A stretch of DNA of 64,000 bases from the NCBI GenBank assembly GCA_020137815.1, contig CM035362.1, positions 1,240,001-1,304,000 on the forward strand, given 5' to 3'. Below the pieces are notes generated by a model. That model was given only the letters and a program-made list of their open reading frames with translations, was not told the DNA's origin and did not search any database. Positions 53,501-64,000 of the stretch are shown one piece after another (within the stretch, counting starts at the first letter, position 1; each line of letters starts with the position of its first letter). Origin of the DNA: Hormiphora californensis (Eukaryota; Animalia; Ctenophora). A program made the position numbers and the translations under genes.

Positions 53501-54043
53501 ACAAGAATTGTTGCATTATGTATGAATTCATAATGCTGAGTTTCCCTGCCCTACCTTTTCACATGTCAGTGACACTGTCACTGCCAACAGGATCAAGGCT
53601 TGGTCAAAATGTAATGTGAGATGCATACGATCTAGCTGTCAGTATACTTCTCACATAGCTTAGCTAACTCACATGACACTTGCTAACCAGCTTTTAACAT
53701 TCCAACTTAACTACTTAACTTATGTAACCACTCGACTCGCAAGATGACAATGTGTATGTAACACGCGGCAGCGCATTTCATGTTTTGTTGAGTGGCGCGC
53801 ACACACACGTCCATCAAACTGTGTCAATGAGGTGTTTGATGAAGGAGCAGCTCGTCACTGTGCGCACGGCTCTAGTTGCTACACCGTTGCCCCTCGCAAC
53901 GAAAGTGTGACCAAAATGGTCCCTCTACCGATTAGTTAGTATACCAAATTGTCGTTTTCGAATTCTAACCCTGCTATGCCTTTTTACAAAGTAAAAAGGC
54001 ATCCGGGTGAATGCCTTCGGCATTCACCCGGGCAGGGAAAAAA
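53501..54043 (-). mobile_element. HINE-like element with the same ends as 8891-9500
   Basis: ACAAG...GCATTATG..CATAATGC..TTTCCCTGCC at one end; CCGGGTGAATGCC-TTC-GGCATTCACCCGGGCAGGGAAA at the other. Confidence 0.62.
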
Positions 54044-55004
54044 TTCGGAAATTCATTTTTCATTTCATTTGTCGTTCATTTATAATCTGAACATCCTACT
54101 TTTCCATCATTCTGCTATTTTTCTTTGGCTTGAATTTATCTTTCCAATGAACACCGATAAATTGAAATTGAAGCACCAGGTAACGTTCCAGTTGAGAAAA
54201 TTCACATGTATGATTTTGGCTCTTCCTGCATTGCGACTTTTAATGAGCTGTATCCAGTATCACGGCTACCTTTTGTTAAATCTTTTAAGAAGTTTGGGTG
54301 GACATTGGATACGCAAAGATCTTTGCTCACAAGATTTCTCACAATTTTTCATTGTTGGTACATAGGAATCAACGTCCCTAAAGTGATAAAAGTTTTGGGT
54401 TTTGTTTGGCCCATGCCATGCAATGACAGAGAGGTATAGTAGCATGGGTGCCATGTGATCATGATGATACCTGACACCTTCTCTGAGCCATAATTAAGCG
54501 GTTTTCTCAGAATCAAGTATGTGACTTGGGTTTTCTGCGATCGGTATCGTCAGATCTTTGTTTATCCAATATTCACCCAAGTTTTTAGAAAGATTTAACA
54601 AAAGGTAGGTGATACAGCTCATTGGAAGTCGCAGGAAGAGCCAAAATCGTGCATGTGCATTTATTCAACTGCCACGTGACCTGGTGCTTCAATTTTAATT
54701 TTATGGTGCTCATTAGAAAGACAAATTCACGGCAAAGGAAATTACAGTTTCTTTCCTCAGGTTCGTTTCCCGGGCTAAGAGCATCTTCTCCTCCACCTCA
54801 TTAGCTCTACTAATGCGGTTTGTCTTTGTCGTCGGTGCTTGAAAGGGTCTTTAGATTGAACTTCTTGATGCATCCATCACATACCCACACGAAGCCAGGT
54901 ACAGTAAGTCCGGACGCCTTGCACAAGTTTTCTCGCATCACGCTCCTCCATAACTGAAGCTATCTTCTTCACGTCACCCAGACCTGTGTCTTGGTCTCCT
55001 CGAG

Positions 55005-56142
55005 GTAGATATTATCTACCTCGATTTTGAGAAGGCTTTTGATAAGGTGGACATCGGCATTCTATTCGAAAAACTCCAGAAATATGGTGTCAAGGGCAGA
55101 CTTTTATCTTGGCTAAGTAGATTCTTTACCGATCGAATGCAAACTGTTATGGTCGACGGTATCCCTTCCTCTTTCACTCAAGTGATTAGTGGACGTACCC
55201 CAAGGGACAGTTCTAGGCCCAATCCTATTTCTCATATATGTGATCGACCTAGATTCTGTAGTCAAACACGGCTCGTCCTTGTCGTTTGCAGACGATACCA
55301 AAATCTTCTCTGCTATACGAACGTTACTGGATAAGGTCCACCTTCAAGAGGACCTCAACAGCATCATTTCTTGGGTAGACATCAACAATATGTCGCTCCA
55401 CAAAGGTTCATGGTCAGCCCAGATATCTCGTGTAATATCAGAGGCGAGACGTATTGCTGGCTGGACCCTCAGTGCATTCAGGTCCCGTTCTCGGGGCACC
55501 ATGGTTACCCTCTACAAATCCCTGGTGCGTCCACACCTGGACTACTGTTGTACTCTTTGGTCCCCCACTAAGATTGGCGATATCAGTCGTTTAGAGGATG
55601 TTCAACGTGCCTTTACTCGTAAAATCGCCGGCCTTAAAGGCCTGGACGACTGGCAGAGACTTCAATCCCTGTGCCTACTGTCACTATAAAGACGTCGTGA
55701 GAGATACACTTTGATCATGGTCTGGAAAATATACAACGGTGAATCACCAAACACCACCAACATGGGCTTTATGGAGAGCCCCCGTTCTGGACCAAGAGCA
55801 ATCGTTCCCAGATACTCTTATAAAGCTCAACGATCAAATCTCACCATGTTTGAGGGCCCAACTGTGGAACACTTTACCACGACATGTTAAGGAGGCACCG
55901 ACACTTTCCCATTTTAAATCACGCCTGGGTATCTACCTTTGTTTCATCCCTGATACTCCACCTATTATCTGGTATCCATCTCAATAGAACAACAACTCTA
56001 TCCTGCAGTGGCGTCCTGATCATTTCCAATCTTGATGAATGTTGTTTGTTGCTGAGCTGGTGTGTTATTAATGACTAATGAGGAGGTTTATTTTTTAAAT
56101 ATCCTGTGTATTTACGCAAATTATTTGAATTGAATTGAATTG
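55005..56142 (+). mobile_element. 5'-truncated, decayed CR1-clade LINE (reverse transcriptase fragment)
   Basis: YLDFEKAFDKVD, VPQGTVLGPILF, FADDTK and YKSLVRPHLDYC motifs, with a frameshift, a stop, an internal deletion and a (TTGAA)n tail. Confidence 0.9.
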
Positions 56143-56152
56143 ACAAAGATTT

Positions 56153-57367
56153 TATAATAAATAATAATAATAAAAATGACAGTTTATATCCCGCACTGAC
56201 ACAGTTTTAATTACAGACAACTCGTTTTCCTTCATTTGAAAGGGACTGCAGCAGACTGCCTGCTCCTAGCACGGTTCTCTGATAACGGTGAATTAGTCGG
56301 GAACTATCCCACTTGGATAACATTGCTTACGGATAAAATAGCAGCCGTCTGGATCTTCTAGTCGTATCCGTTTCAAAGTGGACCTGAGAGCTTTTTGCTC
56401 CTTCAGTTCAGAGGGCGTTAGATCCGGAGATAGATAAACAGCCGAAAACTGTTTGGAGTCTTTGAGGTTTCGTGCTTTTTTGAGAAGCGCCAGGAGAGTC
56501 GCTCTCCTCTCCAGGGATACTAAGAGCGGTCTAGGACGTTTCTCATTTCTTTCCCCGATGCGTTTTATCGTTGTCACTTTCGGTTTCTCTTGCAGCTCCT
56601 CAAAAAGTTCGTCTAAAGTAGTTTTAGCTACTCTATCGGTTGTTTCTTGGAGACCAAACACAATCAGGTTCTTCTCTCTTCCGGGCTGTTGGACGGGAGT
56701 AGGGTGGTGCGACGTTAGTGGTTTTACCACTTTAGGGGAGGTTGCAGCACAATTCTGTGCAAGCACAGAAGAGTAGGCTTTCACCTTCTGCACCGAAGTT
56801 GACACTGCACTTAGTTGTTGCTTTTGGGCTTCAATAACCGTTTGCTGAAGCTCAATCACGCTAAGACGGTGGCGATCAAGTTCTTCTTTGCATTCACGTA
56901 GTTGCTTCTCGAGTTTTTCTGCGCTGATAACATTTTCAAAATTGTTCATTGTTGCTCTGGCAAGTTTCATACTGGAGAGAAAAATACGCGAAGTAGCCTC
57001 AATAATTTCATTCGCAGTTAAGTCCTTGAGACAGTGACTGAAGTACGAACCCCAGTGATTGCAAGGGGAAGCTACACTGTCGTTGGTTAACATTGAGTCG
57101 GGTGCAGCTTGGATCGATTTATAACATTGAATAAACTGATCCGATGTGATACTCGTCGTGTTGGGATCATCAGCAGAGTTCAACCAGTAAACTTCAGAAA
57201 CAAAGTCGTTTACTGTCTCTTCCAATCGTTTTATCGCAGGGTTATCGCCCTCGTACTTCATTTCTGACATTATCAACGTTTCGTTTTTCTGCCCTTTGGG
57301 GCTGTTACATCGGATTCATCTTCCTGCTCAAATTAATTTGTTTAAAGTAGTGTTGAAAAGTCTGAAA
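56153..57367 (-). mobile_element. SL-headed, ORF1-only non-autonomous retroposon, copy B
   Basis: On the - strand: TTTCAGACTTTTCAACACTACTTTAAACAAATTAATTTGAG (57367-57327), ORF1, the same 3' UTR as copy A, and a (TTA)n tail. Confidence 0.85.
56293..57270 (-). CDS. LINE ORF1-type protein, paralogue of 44198-45121
   Basis: ATG at 57270 (MSEMKYEGDNPAIKRLEE) and the same motifs as copy A. A 1-nt indel relative to copy A changes the last few residues. Confidence 0.85.
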   Translation of the reverse strand: MSEMKYEGDNPAIKRLEETVNDFVSEVYWLNSADDPNTTSITSDQFIQCYKSIQAAPDSMLTNDSVASPCNHWGSYFSHCLKDLTANEIIEATSRIFLSSMKLARATMNNFENVISAEKLEKQLRECKEELDRHRLSVIELQQTVIEAQKQQLSAVSTSVQKVKAYSSVLAQNCAATSPKVVKPLTSHHPTPVQQPGREKNLIVFGLQETTDRVAKTTLDELFEELQEKPKVTTIKRIGERNEKRPRPLLVSLERRATLLALLKKARNLKDSKQFSAVYLSPDLTPSELKEQKALRSTLKRIRLEDPDGCYFIRKQCYPSGIVPD

Positions 57368-57825
57368 GGCCTACCGCGTTAAGATTGACTGTGAATGGTT
57401 CCCATTTCCCAAAGAAGACTTTCTGTCTAAGCCGAAAGACGGTTGACACTTGGCATATGCTGCGGCCCATCAGCCTTCATTGCGGAGCCCCGAGCCTGGG
57501 AATACTCGACCAGTGACCAGGCTCCAAATTGACAAATGCTGGATAAGGCAGCGCTGTTCAAGTTTCCCATTCCCAACAGTTTTGAAACCATTTTTTAAAT
57601 CCTCAAAATGAAAAATGTGGCTGGCCATGGCAATTTTTGCCTTGTTCGACCCTCCTTCCCCGCGATGGAGGAAAAAAAGAGAGTTTGAACAAAACAAAAA
57701 CAAGCGATGCGATTAATTTTCACAATTTTAACTAACTTAACTGGTAATACGCGCACAAAGGTACGCGCAAAACAATTCGCGCGCGACTACTATTTAGCAA
57801 ATGAGCACCAGGCGTCATTTTACTG

Positions 57826-57948
57826 TAAAGTGCGTTTCAAACGACTTGACCTGAGATTCCTGGAAATTCAGGATTTCCCCTTTGTAAATACACGCGCAAT
57901 GCGCCAAATTCCAAGAATTACGGGTCAAGTCGCTTGAAACGGACTTTA
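57826..57948 (-). mobile_element. 123-bp AAGT-terminal MITE, young family
   Basis: Essentially identical to 7634-7756 and 63403-63525. Confidence 0.92.
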
Positions 57949-58090
57949 CCAAGAAATCCATAAAATGTGTTAATATAACAAATTCATTCTTATTGAAGAC
58001 TGATACTAAAATCGTAGCTAATACAGAAAAAACATATTTAAATATACTGCACCCAGTTACAGAGGAAAAGACCCAAAATCTCTGTATAAA

Positions 58091-58450
58091 ATGAATGAAA
58101 GTCGGAAGAAGCGTGATTACCAACAACGAATCAGAGAGTCGGAGAGAGGGGCTTTCACCCCGTTCGTGATGGCTACCTCCGGTGGTGCCGGACCTGAGGC
58201 TGAAAGACTAATCAAAAAGCTAGCATCACGCATCTCAACTAAACACAAGGACAAATACGCTGAGGTGATTAATTTCTTGAGAACGCGGATACGGTTCTGT
58301 CTCCTCAGAAGTACCTTGGTCTCACTGAGGGGCACGAGGAAGAAGTTCACGACTCCACTTCCCATTGCAATGTGTGATTTTAATGACTGACTTTTTATTT
58401 GTAATATTTATTGTTTATTTGAGTGAGTGATTTTAAGATTTATTTATTAC
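58091..58450 (+). mobile_element. 3' fragment of a CRE-clade (restriction-like endonuclease) non-LTR retrotransposon
   Basis: ExxKKRDY...ERGAFTPFVMATSGGAGPEA...LRTRIRFCLLRS...LRGTR is the typical C-terminus of animal CRE-like ORFs. AT-rich 3' tail. Confidence 0.72.
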
Positions 58451-59007
58451 TAACCCCAACACCGGGGGCAAATGATCGAACCCAATGTGAATGAGACTCA
58501 CCGCGATTAACTCTTCATACAGTTACCCCCTTTCTCTCTTCGGCAGCTTCTCTTTGGCTGCTGGAAAGTGATGCCAATCGGTGTTGGGGTTAGTGAATTT
58601 TCAAAGAAAAAAAGTTTGGAAAATAAGGAAGATCCAGACGTTTCACTGGAGTTCCCTCATGCAAAATTTTCCCACGGTAGCGACTCGCGCGCATTTAACC
58701 ATCAAAACATCTTCGCGCGTTCCACCAATGCCAAATTATGAACTATCGTTCGTTCTGAGATGGTTGCGGTTAAGAACTTATCCTCAGTTTAGACACCCTA
58801 CATACAAAGTACACAGGAATTACAGCACAGTTTAACAGAGAGATTTAGAATTATCATTTCGAGAAAAAAAAGTTGGAAAAAATCAGTGAAAAAGTTGACC
58901 AAAAGATAAGAAAACAACAGTCAGCAGAATGTCTCTTCTCTGCTGATAGATAGTCCCGGATTAAGGTGTCAGTTATCACCATTGTTGTCTTTCTCATTTT
59001 CCTCTCG

Positions 59008-59587
59008 TCAGGTTGTCGGCTCGTCTCTAATTTTCTGGACAACGTCATCGTGAAACTTGTGAACCTCCCCCCAGTGAGGGGACTCTCGAACTCGCTCTAA
59101 CCATCCTGAAATGAGAAGGCTAGGTATTCTGTTATAAAACACGCTGAAAAGTTAGGTCTTTATTCGGGTTGCAGTTCTCAGCCAGTTCATGCATGTATCA
59201 GACCGAAACATGGCTCAAATTCCCCGTGTCCCTACCTCCTGCAGGACACTAGTATAACAGTGAATTAAGCCAGATTCTGCACATAACTTAATAAAGTAAT
59301 AAACGGGACCATTCGTCCGATATTCTTAGCATCCCTAGCGGACGGCCCAGTGTAATACAAAACCGGAGGTCGGGTATGAGTGTTTGTGTGTGAGTTTAAA
59401 AGATAATGCAAGAGTATTAGACGCGTTCCGTCGATAATATAGATTGATATACGATTTTCAGATTGTCTGGTTCGGGTAATTATTCGGGATTAAGTACTCT
59501 AGAAGACTGGTGGCTTCCAGTGGACTTCCACATGAATTACCAAAGAAAATCCCAGTATCATATTTTGATCAGCCGGAAAAGTCAGCC

Positions 59588-59636
<49 letters not shown>

Positions 59637-60240
59637 GATAGAGAGAGATAGAGTAGAAGAGAGGAGATAAGCGAAGAGTAGAGTAGAAGAAGAGAGAGAT
59701 CGTGAGAACTAGAGAAACATCTACGCTATCGTTCAGGTATGCTTATATCTCAGCTCACACTATCTACTCCTCTCTATCTCTCTCTCTCTCGCATCTACTG
59801 CTCTCTTCAACTCGATAGCTATCTATCATCGTCGTTCTCGCCTCTCTCTCTTTCTCTCTACGGCCCACATCTCTCTGCATCTCAACCAGTTCTCTGTATC
59901 GCTCAGCTCTACTCATCTCTCTGCTCCGCGCTCTCCGCTCTCTCTTCTCTCTCTACCCTCATCTCTCTCGCTTCTCTTCCTCTCTTTCGTCCTTCCTTCT
60001 CCTCTCCTCCTCTTCATCTTCTCTCCTCCCCGCCCCTCCTCTCGCTCTTCAACGCATTTTCACACCTGTCCTCGGTACAATGTCTTAGCCACAATGATCT
60101 ACCACTACTCCATTTTGGTCAAAATACCAAGTGTATAGAATGTTTTAAAGTTTCCGAAGATTTATTGAACAGCAGTCATAGATAATTACCAGATGTGTTT
60201 ATACCCGGAACAGGAAAAGGACGTGGATGGAGAATTTAGA

Positions 60241-60315
<75 letters not shown>

Positions 60316-63300
60316 CGTATGTGAGTTAGATAAAGATAAATGTAGAGGAAGGATCGATTAACGATAACCGGTTGTTTATGTCTCCTTGGCAACGTTCATA
60401 TAACAGCCGCTACTACACATCATACTTAGTCTGGCCATGAACACGAACTGATACTAAATTACTATTCCTACGTGATTGTCTGTTATAGCAGAAGTGAGAC
60501 AAGGCTGGAAGGAAGAGGTGACGAGGGACTGCACAGTAGTGTTAGCCTGTTAGCCTTAGAGGTGGATGTTATTTCATGGTTAGCAGTACACATTTTATTA
60601 TGCAACCCTTGTTATCAGTAACAAGCAAAGTGTAGCATTCTGGTTATCAGGGGTCGTTTGATCCATTGATCCTATAATTGTATGTACTAAAGATAATAAT
60701 TCTATTAGAGATATAACATTAATTTAATTACTAATAATTAATTAGCTGATTGTCCTTGCCTCGGATAGTGCTCTACTCACCAGGAGGAGCTGTTTACAAA
60801 TAAAAACAAGGAAGTTTAGTTAACAGTTTACACATGTTTCAATACAAAATTGTATTTCATCAGAACTGAATCACACTTGTCCCGTTCCAGGTTTCTTGCT
60901 TGCTCCTTCATAAAGCCATCCAATTAGAGATTGTATTTCTTGTGATGTCTGCAACTACCCATGATCTCGCTTCTCCGGTTTAGGAGTTGGTGGTTCCTGG
61001 ACTCCATCAAAATCTCCATCTTCTCGGTAGTGCACAGGTCACAGAACCGATCCCCAATTCTGTACGGTCTTCCCTTTTTCCTCACTTTCCAAGTGATCCC
61101 GAATGTGATCCCCCTGTCCTTCAACTCCCACACCTTTTCAGACAGCCTTGTAGATGTTCTTTTTTCGGAGTTGTTGAATGTGTGCTTGTGCTGGCACAAG
61201 CACACTAAACTTCCTTGTTTTTATTTGTAATAATTAATTAATAATATTACCTGTTTAGTGAGGTATTCTTTCTCCAGAATATCCAGATCAAGACAAACCT
61301 GTAGAGGGGATTATATTTGAAGTTATTAGAAATAGCCATGCAACCAAAACTTGGTCATATTTTGGTGTTGGGAAACTCAGCATTCTTCTTGGTTACCAAA
61401 TCACCCATTTACATTGGACCACCCATTTACTTCGGACCACCCATTTACTTTGGACCACCCATTTACATTGGACCACCCCTGCGTTTGTAGCTGGTAACTG
61501 TATTTGTCAGAGTGTATGGTAATGAAAGTGGTAACATGCAGCCTACCCTATATCATATCTCTCCCTATCTCTCTCTATCTCTATCTCTCCCTCTATCTCT
61601 CTATCTCTCTATCTCCCTCTCTCCCCTCTCTTTGTCGCCCTCTGTTTCTTTTAGAGGATGCTCGCGAGAAGATCCATTATTACATCATTGCCAACCGTGT
61701 ACTATAACAGTAGGTGTGCTGAATAGATAAAATCAAGAAACACATCAACATTGAATCTCAAACTCCCGATATTATAACAAGGGCATCTCTACTCTCTCTC
61801 TCTGGCAGGCCCAGACACTCGGATTTACTCCAAGCTACTACTACTGAAGTAGTCTCTACTCTCTACAATTGATTTTCCCTAACTGTCTTATCACTCACCT
61901 TTGCTATTCCTCTCTCGATCATCCTTTCATTTTCATCTTGATTGGTAGACCCAAGTTCACTATATATTTGGGGGTAAACATAACTGAATCCGATGTCCCT
62001 GCATAAAAATTCAATTGAAAGAATATGTCCGACTATTTATGTTCTCAGAGGTATAGCAGGTATGTTATGTTTACATAATTTATGACGTGTGTTTATGTAG
62101 TATTAATCTAGATCGAATAGAGTCCCCAAAGGATTGAAATCAAATATCATTTTCGCTGACTAATTCGATGACAAAAGCAACTTCTTTTGGGGAATGGCCC
62201 ATTCACCCAAAAGAAGTTGCTTTTGCCATTACTAATGGGTATGTTAAAGTGATGGAATATCAAAATAACCCTATAGGGTCATAACGAGACTCATTGTATG
62301 TGGAGCTTGATTATAATCTGGGTGCCTTGCAGCCTGTTTATAGGTGCACGCTAGCAAAAAAAGTTATACAATTTTATTTTCTAGACCGACTTTTTTTTCA
62401 AACAGCGATTATAGCCACGCAACCACATGGACAATTTGAGTAAACTAAAGAGTATACGATAGCTAATCGATAGCACTAACCGACAACCCCAAACAAAACC
62501 CTAACCAGACCCTAACGGGTAGCCCTTGAGCCCTAACCGTCAAAATCGATGAATATTAGCAATGGAAGGCACTCAGATTTTAATTTTGCCCTTGCATGTG
62601 GGATTTCATGCCACGTAGAAAGTGCCATGTGTCACGTGACCAATATGGTGTGTAGTATCATGTGTACAGTCGGACCCCGATTTAGTGGCCCCCGATTTAG
62701 TGGCACCCCGATTTAGTGGCAGGATTTTTTTCCCCAAAACTTTTTTTGAATTTTTTTTGTGAAATTTTTTTGAAAATTTTTGAAAATGTTTCAAAGGAAT
62801 ACCAGCCACGTCCGAATCGTGTTTCGAATCAGTGAATCTTATCGCATGTCCTGCTGCTAATTAGCCGGTTCGGAACGAACCGATACGTGATCCCCATGGG
62901 GCCATTGAATCATAAGTTCACCAAGCGTCAAAATTTCGATTCGATGGGGATCACGTTTCGATTCGTTCTGAACCGTCTAATTAGCAGCAGGACATGCGAT
63001 AAGATGCACCGATTCGAAACACGATTCGGACGTGCCTGGTATACCTTTAAAAAATTTAAAACTTTTTTTGCAAAATTTTACAGTACGATTGTCAATGCTT
63101 TGATCGGTGCTCCCCATAAATTTTGAGAGAAAAATTTATTTTGAAATTTTGATACTTCCTCACCCGCTTACGGTGCCCCGATTCGGCATGGTATCACGTA
63201 TCGGTTCGTTTCGAACCCGCTAATTAGACAGGACATCCAGTAAGCTGCACCGATTCGAAACACAAATTGGACGGGCTGGTATAACTTAGAAAATTTTTCA

Positions 63301-63948
63301 CAATTTTTTTGAAAAAGTTATTCTATAGTTTTCTATTTCTAATCAGAAATGATCATGTCATCATCAATACATGAATATTGCATATACAGTCGGACCCCGA
63401 TTTAAAGTCCGTTTCAAGCGACTTGACCCGTAATTCTTGGAATTTGGCGCATCGCGCGTGTATTTACAAAGGGGAAATCCTGAATTTCCAGGAATCTCAG
63501 GTCAAGTCGTTTGAAACGCACTTTAGGGACACCCTCGGGGGAAAGGCTCTTGTCCACTAAATCGGGGTGTCCACTAAATCGGGGTCAAATAAGGTTAATT
63601 TCCTTTATCGGGGGAAAAAAATCCTGTCCCTAAATCGGGGTGCCACTAAATCGGGGGCCCCTAAATCGGGGTCCGACTGTAACAGTTAGAGGTGTCTTTA
63701 GTCTTAGTATAGCATTTTGGGCATAAAATATGTTTTTATGGGCCAAATATGGCTCACCTCGATTTAGTGGCACCCCGATTTAGTGGCAGGATTTCTTTCC
63801 CCCGAGGATGCCACTAAATCGGGGTCCGACTGTACTGGCTTACCAATGAAGTTCCTCTGCAGCCCACGACAGAAGTTGAAACGTTTGGCCCTGTTGGGCA
63901 GGTCGAGCTACCTTAAATTCATCATATAAATAATTTAGTATCGCTGGC
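59008..63948 (-). CDS. Glutathione S-transferase-like gene, partial (5' end beyond the window; some exons unresolved)
   Basis: Exons 63948-63912 (PAILNYLYDEFK), 61998-61899 (DIGFSYVYPQIY...), 61298-61251 (VCLDLDILEKEYL) and 59105-59008 (WLERVRESPHWGEVH). Confidence 0.6.
60794..61230 (-). mobile_element. Penelope-like element 3' fragment with an inverted terminal duplication
   Basis: GIY-YIG C-terminal half (H...F...STRLSEKVWELK...CDLCTTEK...LLNRRSEIMGSCRH). Perfect 27-bp inverted repeat at 60794-60820 / 61204-61230. Confidence 0.85.
60824..60868 (-). ncRNA. Minimal type I hammerhead ribozyme
   Basis: - strand reads CAGTT-CTGATGA-AATACAA-TT-TTGTATT-GAAAC-ATGT-GTA-AACTG: stem I, catalytic core, 7-bp stem II, tiny stem III and a GUA cleavage triplet. 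Confidence 0.85.
61403..61478. repeat. 18-bp minisatellite, ~4 units
   Basis: (CCACCCATTTACWTYGGA)n. Confidence 0.85.
62665..63834. mobile_element. pogo/Tigger-like MITE containing a related MITE (63385-63681), which itself contains the 123-bp MITE (63403-63525)
   Basis: TA-CAGTCGGACCCCGATTTA TIRs at the outer two levels; TA flanks at each level. Confidence 0.88.
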
Positions 63949-64000
63949 CTGGGGAAGGGGGTTTGAGACTAAGAGACTAGAGAGAGAGATAGCAATCGAT

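Noticed and set aside
54800-54945. Minus-strand Cys-containing peptide (GFVWVCDGC) as a PHD-type ORF1 remnant
   Set aside because: Too short and interrupted to call.

Overview
Intron-rich animal genomic DNA, most likely from a ctenophore (comb jelly): a 35-41 nt sequence matching the ctenophore spliced leader (SL), as I recall it, occurs twice. Genes: two tandem cyclin B3 paralogues (+); a multi-exon coiled-coil/EF-hand/CaaX gene (+) whose ~10-kb intron holds an antisense gene for a ~923-aa disordered protein; a C1orf21-like gene (-); a complete CFAP221/PCDP1 orthologue (-); and a partial GST gene (-) running off the right edge. Intergenic and intronic DNA is packed with (GA)n/(CT)n microsatellites, minisatellites, palindromic non-autonomous DNA transposons (TA-target MITEs, Merlin-, Academ-, Harbinger-, Chapaev- and Helentron-like) and CR1, CRE and Penelope fragments. 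There is a 100-N gap followed by low-quality sequence at ~33.3-38.3 kb. The most striking observation is two diverged copies of a ~1.2-kb retroposon. Each begins with the trans-spliced leader, encodes only a LINE ORF1-type protein and ends in a (TTA)n tail, i.e. an SL-headed, ORF1-only non-autonomous retroelement. Other highlights: a minimal hammerhead ribozyme in the Penelope fragment, a chain of different MITEs joined through shared TA dinucleotides, exon-restricted gene conversion between the cyclin B3 paralogues, a minisatellite built from a CFAP221 splice donor, and a foldback element inserted 6 nt before a splice acceptor. Family assignments are from memory and were not database-checked.
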